A stretch of 64,000 nucleotides of DNA from Haliotis cracherodii (taxonomy: Eukaryota), in contig NW_027266343.1 in NCBI RefSeq assembly GCF_022045235.1, positions 56,854,001 to 56,918,000 on the forward strand, read 5' to 3'. The position numbers and the translations under genes are program-made. Under the pieces are notes generated by a model, which saw nothing but the letters and a program-made list of their open reading frames with translations, searched no databases and was not told the origin of the DNA. Position 1 is the first letter of the stretch, and the number at the start of each line of letters is the position of its first letter. Positions 37,234 to 50,559 of the stretch are shown here, piece after piece.

Positions 37234-40200
37234 TGTAGTGTTTGCTTCCTAATAGACGAACAGGCTCGGGATGGGGCAGATAAAGTTTATTTTGATAAAC
37301 ACTGATGGTCAACCGCCATATCACAATCCCAAGATGCCCCGCGCTGGGGTGCGGTTCTTTGCTTCCGCTCCAGGGAGCATTTGTTATCGTGAAATGAATA
37401 CTACATTCCTCCTCACTAAACATTGCAAACACTAACAAAGAACAAACTAACCTAACTTATATGTCTAACAGTTGACATCAAAATAACTGGGAAATCCGTT
37501 ATCACAAATATAGTAATAACATTATTTCAATGTTAATCATGATAATAGAAATTTTAAAGTCCACCATTATCATATCATGATATCAGTTTTAAAAACTGGA
37601 GTCATGATTCCCTTGAACTATTAAAAGAACTTTGAACAAATGATTAAAATTTGTGTTGTCTTTTCTCACAAGATTGAAAATGTTCTTATTCTAAACTCAA
37701 ATATTTAGAGTCTCTGGTGCAATAACACTTGAAGCATTAATCAGAACAAATTAAAGTAAATAAATTTGTACATTTTTCACGTTTGACACTTTTCAAAGTT
37801 TATAGGTCTAGACGGTCTGGTGTTTTCGGTACTCTTGCAGATCTGGAGTGGCTGAACTATGAGCCATAGTAGCTGGAGTGGCTGAACTTGATGTTACTGT
37901 CACAGGTTGGTTTGATGTAGTGGAATCATCACACATGCTGGATCAATACTGATGGGTGGAATATCAACATCTCTTTGTTGATTGCTATCATTCACTTGAT
38001 CATTGGGATCCTCTGCATATCTTCTTCGGATGTGATCGAAGTGTCGTCGAAGTACACGACCATCGTTCAATCTCACTTCACCAATTGAACCTGTTTTGTT
38101 GATCAAGATACCTGATAACAAACGCTGCCCTGGACCAAAGTTGTTTACATACACTGCATCGTCCACAGCTGATGATTTCTCCCTGGAGTGTGTGTCATGA
38201 TGTGCCTTCTGCTTTTGTTATATGTCTCTCACCCATGTAACAAATCAAGATGTGTTCTGAGCTTTCCTGACATGAGTTCAGCAGGTGATTTTCCTGTTGT
38301 GGTCTGCAGAGTAGATCTATATCTGAACAAGAAATGATTCACTCTTGACCAATGGATCTTCCATCTATCTTTTTGATGGATTCCTTGAAGGTCTAAACAC
38401 AACGCCCGGATGATATGTTCTAGTCGTACGTGATCTATACCATTCACATCCATGAATCTTCTAAATTCACAGCTCGTGAAACATGTGCCGTTGTCCGACA
38501 CACACACACACACACAAAAGAAAATAGTAGCTGGGATGCCAGTGATGCAAACGACGCTTCAAGCTTCTCGATTGTTGATTGTGTTGATGTCGAAGAAGTG
38601 ATGTGTCCATCCATCCACTTAGAATAGGCATCAACAACAATGAGAAATATTTTGTTGAGGAATGGACCAGCATAGTCACTATGCACTCTTGTCCAGGGAT
38701 GAAGTGGATACTCCCATCGATGCATTTGCACACTTGGTGTAGCCTTAGAATTCAATTGACAAACTGGACACTCTCTCGCTTTAGATTCTATATCTGAATC
38801 TAACTTAGGCCACCACACATAACTTCTGGATAGCATTTTCATTTTAACCACGCCAGGGTGCCCATCATGTAGAATGTTAAGCACACTTTGTTGGCCCTTA
38901 AGAGGGACAACTACTCTCGCACCACGAAGTATGATGTCTCCCTATACACTGAACTCAGACTGTTTAGACTGGTAAGGTTGTAGCTATGGTTCTTGAGTGT
39001 CTGGTCATCCGTTTGTGATGAACCTTCTAACTCGTGACAATGTTGGATCAGCTTTGGTCCAGCGAACGATGTCACTAGTCTCGACTGGTGTAGAGTCAAG
39101 GAAGTCAATCAGAATTTTAGATTCTGGTAAGGCAGGCACAGAGTTTGGCTTGTCTGGAAGTGGTAATCTACTCATATAATCAGCATGGTGAAGGAGTAGT
39201 CATACGCAGATAAAACGATGGCCCATCTTTGGATAAGACCTGAAGCTGTAACGGGTATGCCCTTTCTCTCGCTGAAGACGCGTTTCCAAGGGCTTGTGGT
39301 CGTTGTTTATGGTAAAGTGCCTTCCAAACAAATACGCATGAAACTTCTTCACGCCGTTTATTACTGAGAGTCCCTCTTTCTCGATCTGAGAATAATTTCT
39401 CTCGGCAACATTTAACGTTCTGGAGCGTCAGTGCTTGTGAAATGTTTTCTTGGTTATAACGGAGTAAGTTGCACCGGTGTCTAACTGTAGTTGTAGAGAT
39501 TTGTTGTTGACTTCGAGATCAACTGTGTATGCTGGAACTGGAGTACCGGTATCACTGACAAAATATAGTCCGTCTTCGTCAACACTTGCATTTGCACTGT
39601 GGTTATGCTTTTTTGAATGTTTGCGACGTCTACACATCTTCACAATATGTCCCTTTAAATGACAATATTTGCAGAATTATTCTTTGAACTTACACTCGTT
39701 GCTGTAATGATCTTTGCACTGATCTTTACCCCCACAGCGATAACATTCATATTGTCTCTCACTGTTGCCATGCTTACCCGGCTTAAAATGTTTTTCTTGT
39801 TTCTGTACTTTCAGTTATTCTTTTTCTTTCCAGATAATTGATTCACAACGCTTTCCCCCTTCAAATGTTTTGGTTGAGTTAATGCTTTCTGACTATCAGT
39901 AATGTTCTTTGCAGCCGTCTCCATTCCTTGACTTATTTCTATGCTTTCTTGTAGCTCAACTCCGGCTCCGACAATAACCTTCTCTGAATTCTGTCATCAG
40001 ATATGCCAAACACTAATCTGTCACGTAGCATATTTTCAATTTCACCACCACTGCAATCGTCTGTCCCGATTTTCTCGTGCACGTGTTAAACTTGAAACAC
40101 TGCACGATGGTTAACGGCTTCGGTTCAAAATGGTTTTCCAAAGTTTTGATAAAAGCTGCAAAGTCCGTTACATTGGGCTTAGCTGGAGAAACCAAACTTC

Positions 40201-40565
40201 TGAGTAAGGAATACGTCCTCGATCCAACTGTACTGATAAAAAGTGACCGTTGCTGGGTTTTATCAGTAATGTCATTAGCTTGAAAGTAAGCTGCAAGCCG
40301 TTCAGAATATGCGATCCACGATTCCTTGTCGTTGTTGAATTCGCCGATATTTCCATAGGAAGTCATAGCTGAGTTATTATCCTCGTCGCTAATGTAGCGT
40401 TTGCTACCTACTAAGTCGAACAGACTCGGGATGGTCCAGATAAAGTTTATTGTGATAAACACTGATGGTCAACCGTCATATTACAAACCCAAGATGCCAC
40501 GCGCTGGGGAGCGGTTCTTTGCTTCCGCTCTAGGGAGCATTTGTTATCGTGAAATGAATACTACA
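37234..40565 (-). mobile_element. Degraded Ty3/gypsy LTR retrotransposon (Mag/K02A2.6-like), RT deleted
   Basis: LTRs 37234-37405 and 40393-40565 (TG..CA, about 90% identical by eye), 5-bp TSD GTTTC, PBS TAGCGACGAGGAT (tRNA-Ser-type TGGCGACGAGGAT), PPT AGTGAGGAGGAA. Gag (W..Y.ERL..YF.AN), Zn knuckles, protease LDTGA, RNase [17 protein letters not shown], integrase LHDGHPG..RSYVWWP, VVDAYSKW, SDNG; many stops and frameshifts. Confidence 0.95.
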
Positions 40566-41725
40566 GTTTCTTTTTCAGTGGCGAAGCAAAATATACGCAA
40601 AACAACAAATGTTTTTACTTGCCTTTCGCGACAATCCATCGGTCTGTCCGCTAGAGTAACTGCCCTTTATCAAAGGGAAGCTATTCGAACCCTAGTCCAT
40701 GAGACGTCACGGCCACGTTCAGACGTTGTTGACAGTCGGCCTGTCCTGTCATAACGTTAAGTCCAGTCAGATTTACACACAGCGACAAAACGAAACAAGG
40801 TAACAATTCAAACATATTTCGGCCAAATCCAACTATTTTAGTTTGTGGAAAAGGTTTCAAGCCGCAGAGGTCGACAAGCACAGATATGTCAACTGATCCC
40901 GCTTGTCTGGACCTAGTGCCCTCGCAAAATTGTTTCGAAATTATATCACCAAAGTTGCCCAAACTTATAAAATGCCTTAGCTACGTCACAGTTAGACACT
41001 GATTTTCAGTATATTAGAATGTTCTTTTGATAATGATAGCTATTATCCCTGTAGTTTATCCAGTTTCCCGATGGTCAATTCTGACCCGATCGCCGAATGA
41101 CGAGGGCGACGCCATGTTTGTGTGTAAACAGTGAAAGTAGTCCCTACTTGACCTTTGACATTTGCATCTCTATCCGCATATGACTCCAGCGGATATCGCT
41201 TTTATCTGTTGGCTTTATCCTGCCGAGAAACCTACCCATTATAAGATAAGTAGAGGATTCATCACGAGTGTTTTTTAATATGGGAAATATCAATCGAGTC
41301 TTAGTTAATCGGTATTTGCCGAGCCTTTGTTGGCCCTTTACACCAGATTATCCGTTAATGTAAAGACAGTTATAAGGTATTTCCCTTATTTCATAGACAC
41401 TTTGTCGAAAGAAGCGTCATCGAAATGTGTTAAAAAACAACAAACAATCTGATGCAGTGTCACGTACATAGAGTTTATCACGCTTGTGTTTTTGGGGTCA
41501 ACTTCCTGTATTTGGAATAAACATTGTATTTAGCGAGCTGAGATGTTTGTTTTTCCTGATACAGGGTATTTACCATCCCCATACACACAAGCGTGATAAC
41601 CTTTTTATCATGTAATATCATTCTTCAATTCTGTGCTCGAAAAATCTCTTCCCATTTTCTACAAACATTACCTAAACATTGAAAGTTTTCCTGGAATGTG
41701 TGGATATATATATTTTACGTCAGGC

Positions 41726-42560
41726 GGTAAGTGATGTGTCAGTCGGACAGTGACAAGAGTCAATATAATTCCAACTGAAACCTGTTTCTTTTACAGTAGC
41801 GTAACTACATAGACGCAAACAACAGTTGCCTACTCAAATTGTTTCTGCTTGCCTTTCGCGGCAATCCATCGGTCTGGCCAATAGAGTAAGGGCCCTTTAT
41901 CAAAGGGAAGCTACTCCAACCCTAGTCTATGAGACGTCACGTCTGCCTGATCTGTCATAACATCACGAAGTGCAGTCAGATGTACACACAACGACAAAAC
42001 GAAACAAGGTAACAATTAGGACATATAGAAACAAGGTAACAATACGGACATATAGAAACAAGGTAACAATTCGTACATGTAGAAACAAGGTAACAATTCG
42101 GACATATAGAAACAAGGTAACAATTCGTACATGTAGAAACAAGGTAACAATTCGGACATATAGAAACAAGGTAACAATACGGACATATAGAAACAAGGTA
42201 ACAATTAGGACATATAGAAACAAGGTAACAATACGGACATATAAAATCTAACGGTTTTAATTTGGGGGAAAGGTTCCTAGCCGCAAGGTCTACAAGCACA
42301 AATATGGAAAATGAGTCCTGGCTAAATTGTTTTTCAATTTATATCTCCAAATTTGATAAAACTTGTAAAATACCTGAGCTACACCACAGTAAGACACTGA
42401 TTTTCAGTATATTAGACTATTATCTTGACAATGATAACAATATCCCAGTAGTTTCTCCAGATTCGCGATGGTTAATGCTGACTCGATCGCCGATTGACAC
42501 GGACGACGCCATGTTTTTAAACACTGAAAGTAGTCCCTATTTTCCTTTGATATTTGTCAT
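41726..42560. repeat. Direct paralogue of 37171-37233 + 40566-41165 (probable non-autonomous element copy)
   Basis: Colinear similarity throughout; contains the uninterrupted GTTTC target site at ~41784-41788. Confidence 0.8.
42001..42243. repeat. 27-bp tandem repeat, 9 copies
   Basis: GAAACAAGGTAACAATTCGGACATATA units; explains the RNKVTIRTY/LFLYVRIVT ORFs. Confidence 0.93.
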
Positions 42561-44589
42561 TGGGTTGAGTTCGGGGGAGGAGTCCACACTCTCGAGTTAC
42601 TCTGTTGTAGTTGACACCGACACAGGCTCCAGACAGCATACACTGAAGGACACAGGACAATGGCGACATGTCAGGTGAAGATACAATGACAGGGGAGACA
42701 AGTCGTATGGCTGATCCTCGGAAATAGTTGAACTGCTGACAAGCTGAAATGAGTAAACATAATAGGGAGTGAGTGAGAATGGTTTTACGCCGCTTTTAGC
42801 AATATTCCAGCAATATCACGGCCCAGAAATGGGCTTCACAGATTGTACCCATGTCGGGATTAGAACTCGGGTCTTCGGCGCGACGAGCGAACGCTTTAAC
42901 CATTAGGTTACCCCACCACCCCAGTAAAAATTATATAAACATAGTATCTTAATAATATATTTACTGTCATGAGGGTACTATTTAACCTCTTTTGTGTTTC
43001 ATGAAACTATAGAGACGGAGTTTTTGAATACGTAACTGTGCAATATAACTAACTTCATATGTGAAAATGTGAAAAATGTGAAACATTGATAATAAATCTC
43101 AAGCAGGAATTCATGCATATAGATATATTATATCGTTTTAAGGCAGGAATCATTGAACAGGATTTTATGTCTTTATCTTTTCCAATTACCATATTTTTTC
43201 GGAACTTCAATGGCTATTTATTATGTGACTTATTTATATAGGCCGTCCTACCTGACTGTACTCCATACACTTCAAGTTCACAGAAGTTGAGAACATCATG
43301 TCCGTGTCTGATTTTCGGTTTCCACAGTCTGATGAACCTTCCCAAGACCGGAGCATCACATGCTATGTTCCCCACGGAACCAAACATGCCAGTGTAGTTC
43401 TTACAGATGGAGAAAGCTGCTGATGGACGTCGCGATGGATTTTGTACATACAGCTGGATTACAAAGTCATGGAGTCTATCCCCTGAAAGAATAACATTAA
43501 AATAATAAACACAGTACTATGATTGTATTTGGCATAAAAACATTCAGCTTCAAGTATAATTATACAAAAACAGTGCTTAAGATGAATACTTATATGCTTC
43601 TGTGATGTGGCGTGTCTTACAGTAACTTTGTATATCAAGCATCTTCAGAAACCATTTGTATGGTCGACTGATACTAATTTGACGATGATAATAATTTGAA
43701 TGAAGGGTGAATTCTGGGTGAAGGTTGACGCAGAGTAGAAGTAGTTTGAGATACCGTAACGTACCACAGCAGTCTCCCCTGTTGTAGATGGTGACGTTGT
43801 GGACACTGTACTGCCCAAGGAGATCCACAACAAACCAGGGCGACATGTCACCAGGGTAAGTGTGACTGCAGACACCGTCGCGTAAATTGGTTCTATGGCT
43901 GCCGTCCACAGCATTAGCAGCGATATCGCGTAAACCCCTCAAGCTGCTCATCCATGCTGGTTTCTTCAGAGCCAGATTCAAACTTTGTAATTTGCAGACT
44001 GAAAATTGAGATTCTTAGTCATATGTGTGTATCGACAATGAATTTATCTGAAAGAACCAAATGTTTTATGTTTTGTAAAATGTGTATTTCCAGTTGCCAG
44101 GGGCACACACCTGCACATTCGCCTTCGTGATATTGACAAAATACAGTATTACCCTCTTTACATTACTTTTCTTTGTGACTACTTTTCTTTACAGGGGAAA
44201 GTGAGTGACATTATGAGAGGAATAACCATTTCCATGCATTTCAATGCATCGTTTCTTTTTCATAATATTTAGAAATAACATCCATGAACAGAGTGGGTTT
44301 GTTTTGAATCAGGACATGTGCTCGCCTGAGACTGGTTCTGCTCCAGTATGAGTACCATCTGTGCAGCCTGTTATCTTCTCTACTGCCCTGACATGGCTTA
44401 AGTCTCACTGATTCGAAGAGAAAGCGTTAGATATCTAAATAGCTTCTGTCTCTTATTATATGGCTACAAACCTTCATTTGCTGTACAAAATATATCCGAA
44501 GTATAGCCCATAAACCTATTACTACATTAAATATTACCATCCAAATATATGACGAGCAGGAAAGAGATCCGGGAGTAGAGGTCTGCCAT
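42517..44589 (-). CDS. Secreted F-type lectin (fucolectin/FTP domain) with C-terminal PAN/apple-like domain, 4 coding exons, 247 aa
   Basis: Exons 44589-44538 (hydrophobic leader MADLYSRISFLLVIYLD), 43998-43765, 43482-43252, 42743-42517, all phase 1. NLALKKPA.MSS, A.NAVDG, CSHT, PW.VVDL, NRGDCCGDRL, LNFCELEVYG define the F-type fold; C...C.....C.GVNY.....C.LL is PAN-like. Confidence 0.9.
42766..42922 (-). mobile_element. SINE family A copy in lectin intron 3
   Basis: Reverse-complement consensus match. Confidence 0.8.
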
Positions 44590-45669
44590 ACTGTCGCTGA
44601 ACAATTCTATTACCAACACGGCTGATGTGTTTAAGAAACTGAAGACTTGAAAATGACAATGCTGAATATTGATTGAAAATTCCTGACATTTCGCAGGCTC
44701 AACAGAACGCCTCTTCGTACCTGTTGGTGGGTTGCTGCAGAAACACCAGTCACCATGACTTTAGTATCCTGCAGTGTCGTATCGCTGTGCCCTGGATGTC
44801 CCGGAAGGTTATCACTTAATCATGCTGGTGTTTGTTGTCTGGGGACTGATGCTTCCACAATGATGGAATGTTGTGTTCCATAACTTCGATCGTTAAATGT
44901 CTTAGTCAGATGTAATCGATTTCGGTTGAGGGATTTATCCCAAGGGTATACCTACACTTGTACTCAGGGTTTCTGAACCCCTGGCCGTCTTGTACTTGTC
45001 CTTCAAAACCCCGCATGAAACAGTTATTGATCTGTTATATACTGACCCACAAAGCAAGGGATCATGAAGGGGATATGTTTTGGAGTGAAGAACACACATG
45101 CAATTTCATAAAGATATCTAAAAAAATATTCACGATCCCTAACATGTTTGGTCAGTATATATCCGTGTCCGGCTAAAGACGTTTCATTTCACAATGAAAC
45201 ACCACAGACAGTACAGATACCGATATATTCAGAAGTGCTCAGTCGTTGATGCACCGTTTTCATGTTTATTGCAGAACTGCTGTTCTGGATCGGGCAATAA
45301 AGACTGCGAGTGCTACCGAGAGTGCAGGTCATACTTACCCTGAACACCTGGTGTTATAACTGATTTCATTCACAAAAATTTCCCCGCTATTTTGCCTTTT
45401 ACGCCCAAAGGGACCTTTTTCGGCTGATCATTGAGACTTGTTATTCTCTGGCGTTGACGTTGTAAGGTTCTACATGCATTACTACGACAATCAGTAATTG
45501 TATTTTCACTGGACATAATGCTGAAAGTACTTATCATATTGCTAGATGTTTAATGCTAGGCATTATTCGTGTTAGCAATACAAATAATAATATACCCTTA
45601 ACTAAATTGTTATCACTCGATTCATGCAGATGTGATGGTGTAGAAGGAATGCTGGCCCATAGCCTAAAT

Positions 45670-45926
45670 GATTTGTTTGCTTTTTAACGCCGCAATCAGC
45701 AATATTACAACTATATGACGGCGGTCAGTGAATAGCCGAGCTTGGACCAGACAATCCAGTGATTGATGTCATGAGCATCGATCTATGCAATTGGAATACC
45801 ATGGAATGCATCAACCAAGTCAGTGAGACTGACCACCTGATCCCGTTAGTCGCCTCTTTCGACAAGTCACCTTTTACAGCAAGCATGGGTTGCTGAAGAC
45901 CCATTCTACCCTGGATCTTTACGGGT
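45670..45926 (-). mobile_element. SINE-like family B copy
   Basis: Reverse-complement consensus match. Confidence 0.8.
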
Positions 45927-46319
45927 GTAGTCCATATGACATAAGTGCAGACTGAAAAGTGTACTTGTGATATGTAACTTCTCCATATCCTACATAGGCG
46001 AAGTATAACGTGTGTGTTCTCGTGATCTATATACGTGAGTAAATGCATTAGGCAATACTATGTTGGGCTTCACATTATTTATGTCACCAGTGTCTACAAC
46101 ATATTTGATGGCTACAAAGATTGTGATTAAAACACCCGACACTAATATTTTTGATAAGTAACAATTAGGTGTGGAAGTTGACTTTAATCACTATTTATTT
46201 GGGTGATTACCTCCCTTGAGCAGACGGGTGTGTTTCAAATTCACCGAGGATAATATATAAAATCAACTTTGTGGAACAGATGTACATAAAAAAGAACTTA
46301 TTATGGGAATATCTTTAGA

Positions 46320-47000
46320 AGCATGGAGATTTCGGATCGATAGGTTTGTGCACGCTAGAGGCCACGGACGTGTGTAGAAATAGTTTCCCTACCCCCCTGC
46401 GTCGGACTGGGCGGAGGGTACAGCTATGGCATGTAGGATTCTGTTGTGTACAACTGCTTTCATCACAATGTGGACTATGGGATCGGTCACTGCATCCTAT
46501 TTGGAACATGCGATATCTGCTTTGGAGTTTGCGTCACTAACAGGTTTTAAAGGTGCGTTATGTGTGATTGTACATGACAAAGGCATCTTGCTTACATATC
46601 CAAAACTGAAGAGTACCCACGAAGTCAGACAACCGTTCGTTCCTTTGCTATTGGTTGCCGGTGACATAGAATCGAACCCAGGACCGACTGATGGAGACTT
46701 CAGAATTAGAATTAACCCTCACTTAAATCAGACTAAGGAATCATACGACAGGTTATCAAGAGATATAGATCTTTGAGAGAAGAAGTGCTTTCAATCAAGG
46801 CAGAGGTATGTGTATTGAGAACAGGAGTCAGTATAAACAGAGAAGAACAGGCCGATCTCAGACTAGATGGGATGAAGTGTCTAACAAAGTGGATGAACTG
46901 TATTACTGGACTGACAGTATTAGTGACCCAGGAAAGACAGAGCAGAAGAAATATTTATATTTTTTTAAATGGGTACCATAGAGTGGGCAAGTAATTATAA
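46320..47000 (+). mobile_element. Degraded non-LTR retrotransposon ORF1 fragment (CR1/L2-type) with 2A-like motif
   Basis: LLLVAGDIESNPGP at ~46645-46686, then a coiled-coil-like stretch (LREEVLSIKAEV) and ERQSRRNIYIF resembling the E..SRR.N..F.G ORF1 motif; frameshifted; no ORF2 seen. Confidence 0.65.
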
Positions 47001-48029
47001 GGTACAAGACGTTTTTAAAAGAGCCAGAGATACGAATCTTAAGAGTAGTTTGCTGATGGGGGCATACAGTGCGTGTCGAGGGTGTCTAGCACCATTGTTA
47101 ATACCCTCAGAAGGACGTAGACGGGAAGGCTCCCACACAGGACCACGACTTCGGAGTTCTAGTTGCAAGGCTTGGGACAGGGGAGCAACCCGCTAAGAGT
47201 AAGACGAGTCCGAGTGTGATTTCCAACCGTTTTATCTCGTTTTGGCATAATTTTACCTATCCTGATGATACTACAATGTAATCGCATATGCTATTTAATA
47301 ACATACAAAATGACTCTATTAGAAAAAAAAACATTTGCTTATTCTTGTTTAAAAATGATCTCAAGTAATGGACAACTACATTATATAAATTCAAAATTTG
47401 ATGGTGTACAACTCAGGATGAATTATCAAAACGTCTGCAATATTATGTATATTATGCATACAAAAAAAGACATGAAGTAGTAAAATCCATGTTATGTGCT
47501 TCACATTGTATTATTGGCATTGCATTTCATGTATATGGGCGAAACCACTACCAGAAGTTGAAAATCATTTGTTTCTTCCTAGTATGACATCGTTGCCACT
47601 ACCTAGATTATAGTACTATGAAGCATAACTTCCCTGTTGAGACTGGCATTTGGAAAAATGTACCCTTGGGAAACATAGTGTGATATTAATGTAACTCCCC
47701 AGCAGTCGGTGACGAAGTGCACAACTTGTTTAAACTGAAAGTACTGATACAACCCAGAAAAACACTCATACATGTACAATACAAAAGAGGCCCAACTTAT
47801 TATATTTGACAAAAATGCTGACAAACAATAATATCATGAAACAAACTGTCGGAATGCATTTGTCCATCTGTCCACATGTGAAATTGAGCAATTTTCCAAC
47901 TATATGACGGCGGTCTGTAAATAATCGAGTCTGGACAAGACTATCCAGTGATTGACATCATGAGCATCGATCCACGCATCGACATGCATCAACCAAGTCA
48001 GCGAGCCTGACCACGCCTCTTACCATTAT

Positions 48030-48292
48030 GAGTGAGTGAGTGGGTTTGGTTTTACGCCGCTTTTAACAATATTACAGTTATATCGCGGCGTGTCAGCTTA
48101 ATGTGGGAGGAAAGCCCGAAGTGATGCAGATCTCAGACGTTTGCCACTTCGGTGAAACCCACGAGCACGGGTATGGTGCTGACAAACCTAGAAACACAAT
48201 CGAGGCGAACCGGGATTCGAACCCACAATCATAGGTTTCTGGCGTGCCCAAGGGATGCAACTCTGCACAGCGAATCTGGGCCACCGTACCCC
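48030..48292 (-). mobile_element. SINE family D copy
   Basis: B-box GGTTCGAATCC, (TCAC)n tail, near-TSD CTTACC[A/G]TTATG on both sides. Confidence 0.8.
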
Positions 48293-49439
48293 CTTACCGT
48301 TATGTACTAAGTCATTTTATCTACAATCCCGCGTCAGATGGACACATGATATATTCCAGTCTCACCTCATTACATAAACATACATAAACACAGCAATAAA
48401 ATCATGTTGTGAGTCACTCTTTTCTGAGTTATGAGAGACTATAAAAGTTGCACATACAATTATTAACATACTTATACATATATAAAATAACGTTAAGTTA
48501 GTACTATAAAATACGTATTTTCTACCTTTTAAAATGACATGACAAGCTTTAACAGCCACAGACGATGGTCTTGACCAAAATAAAACTGTTTCTGCATCCT
48601 GGGGCGAAATTTGAATCATTGCAATAAAGTGGAAAATTAATTCATCTTTAAGATGTTCATACAGAGGGCAATCTAATGTAACCATGTAAAAGTTATATTC
48701 GTTTTAACAGATGTACGTTATCACTCTTCGAATTATGCGTAGTTCTGTACATCGTGTATTGATTATTATGATTAATGAGGGTCGCGATGTCACACGAACT
48801 GTCCAAATCAGTCAGAAAATTCATGTATGCTGCTTATATATATATTTGTTATTGGTGACCATATGGCACAGATAAACAGGGCATTGAAATTGCCAATGTC
48901 CTTTATAAACGGTTGACATATGCGAGCGAGGATAAATTATATGTGCACTCAATAAACGTATTGCTATGTACATAATAAGTCCTCGTCTGATATTCTTCTT
49001 TCCATTTTGCAATACACGTGTTGCCTCATAAACATATTCATTTCAGGCCGCTGTCAATTTCTGTTCGATCTGAGCTACGATGTGGGCGTGGTGTCCCACC
49101 TAGCGGGCACCTGTGACGCCGTTGTATCAGGTTGTTCAATACCTGCCTCCTCAACCTAGGTCGATATGCGTTTCAGTGTCTAACCTTACAGAAAATCAAT
49201 AGTTGTGTTTATAATTACATTTAATAAAACCAACAGTCGATGAAGCTTTCGATGTACTGAGTGTAAGGTATAGGTCGTGTTTCACTGTCGTGTTCGACGT
49301 TTCAGTGTCACGTGAGACATTTATGTTGAACAATTGAGGATTACTGCAGCATCATATGATGTTTGTCTGACTTTGGTCTCCATGTTTTGTCTGCCATGTG
49401 GTGTCTTCATGTGGTGCTTTCCCGAATCTAGTCTTCGCG

Positions 49440-49875
49440 TGGTGTCTGCCAGAAGCAAGTCTTCGTGTGATACCTGTCAGAAGCAAGTCTTCATGTGATG
49501 TCTGTCAGAAGATAGTCTTCATGTGATGTCTGTCAGAAGCAAGTCTTCATGTGATGTCTGTCAGAAGCAAGTCTTCATGTGATGTCTGTCAGAGACAAGT
49601 CTTCATGTAGCGGCTGCCAGAAGCAAGTCTTCATGTGATATCTGTCAGAAGCAAGTCTTCAAGTGATGTCTGTCAGAAGCAAGTCTTCAAGTGATATCTG
49701 TCAGAAGCAAGTCTTCATGTGATGTCTGTCAGAAGCAAGTCTTCATGTGATGTCTGTCAGAAGCAAGTCTTCATGTGATATCTGTCAGAAGCAAGTCTTC
49801 ATGTAATGTCTGTCAGAAACAAGTCTTCATGTTGTGTGTTTCGGACTCCAGCCTTCGTGTGAAGTCTGTCAGACG
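49440..49875. repeat. 28-bp minisatellite, ~15 copies
   Basis: TCTGTCAGAAGCAAGTCTTCATGTGATG units (49501, 49529, ...). Confidence 0.92.
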
Positions 49876-50559
49876 CTAGCCTTCGTGTGATATCATCACA
49901 ACCTGGTGTATGTAAAACCCTGGTGTATGTAAATGGTATGAGTGTGTCAGAGTGGACGTGATGTTAGACAGATATTGACATAAGAGTAAAGCTTTGGATC
50001 TACTTCTAAGAAGCAACTGGATTGTCACATTTTTAGTGACTGTGGTGGTGAAACGTCCTTGCATGTAGCTTAACATTACAATCCCCCAGTGCATCTACAC
50101 CCATACCCATCATCGTTATCTTCATAGACAGGTGAAGCACCCAGGGAGCCACCGGACTGACGACAAGCAAAAGAGTAAGACAAAGAACTCACGGAGAAGG
50201 AATATAACGCTTATCTAGAATAAAGCTTCAACATGTGTTGTTAAGGTGGGTACTTCAAGAATTTCAATAACTGTATATGTGGAATTAATTTCTGGAATGA
50301 TAGTAACAGCTGGCGCCAATATGCATGACCCGATAGTCTGGGACAAGGCAATCATTTTATGCTACTTGGTGTGATTGCTTGCTTCTTGAAAGAGCCAGAG
50401 AACCCAGAGGACGACCTAACTCAGCGGTGTAATGCTGCAACGTTTGTTAAACAGTAAGCAGATGGAAGTATAAATACTTGACACAAGGTCAGGTCTGTGA
50501 GAAAATGAGGAATATTGACTGAGGCGAAATCAAACTGTCATTGAACATAACCCTTCATC

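Noticed and set aside
42262-42678. 138-aa plus-strand ORF
   Set aside because: Spans repeat sequence and the antisense of lectin exon 4; non-ATG start.
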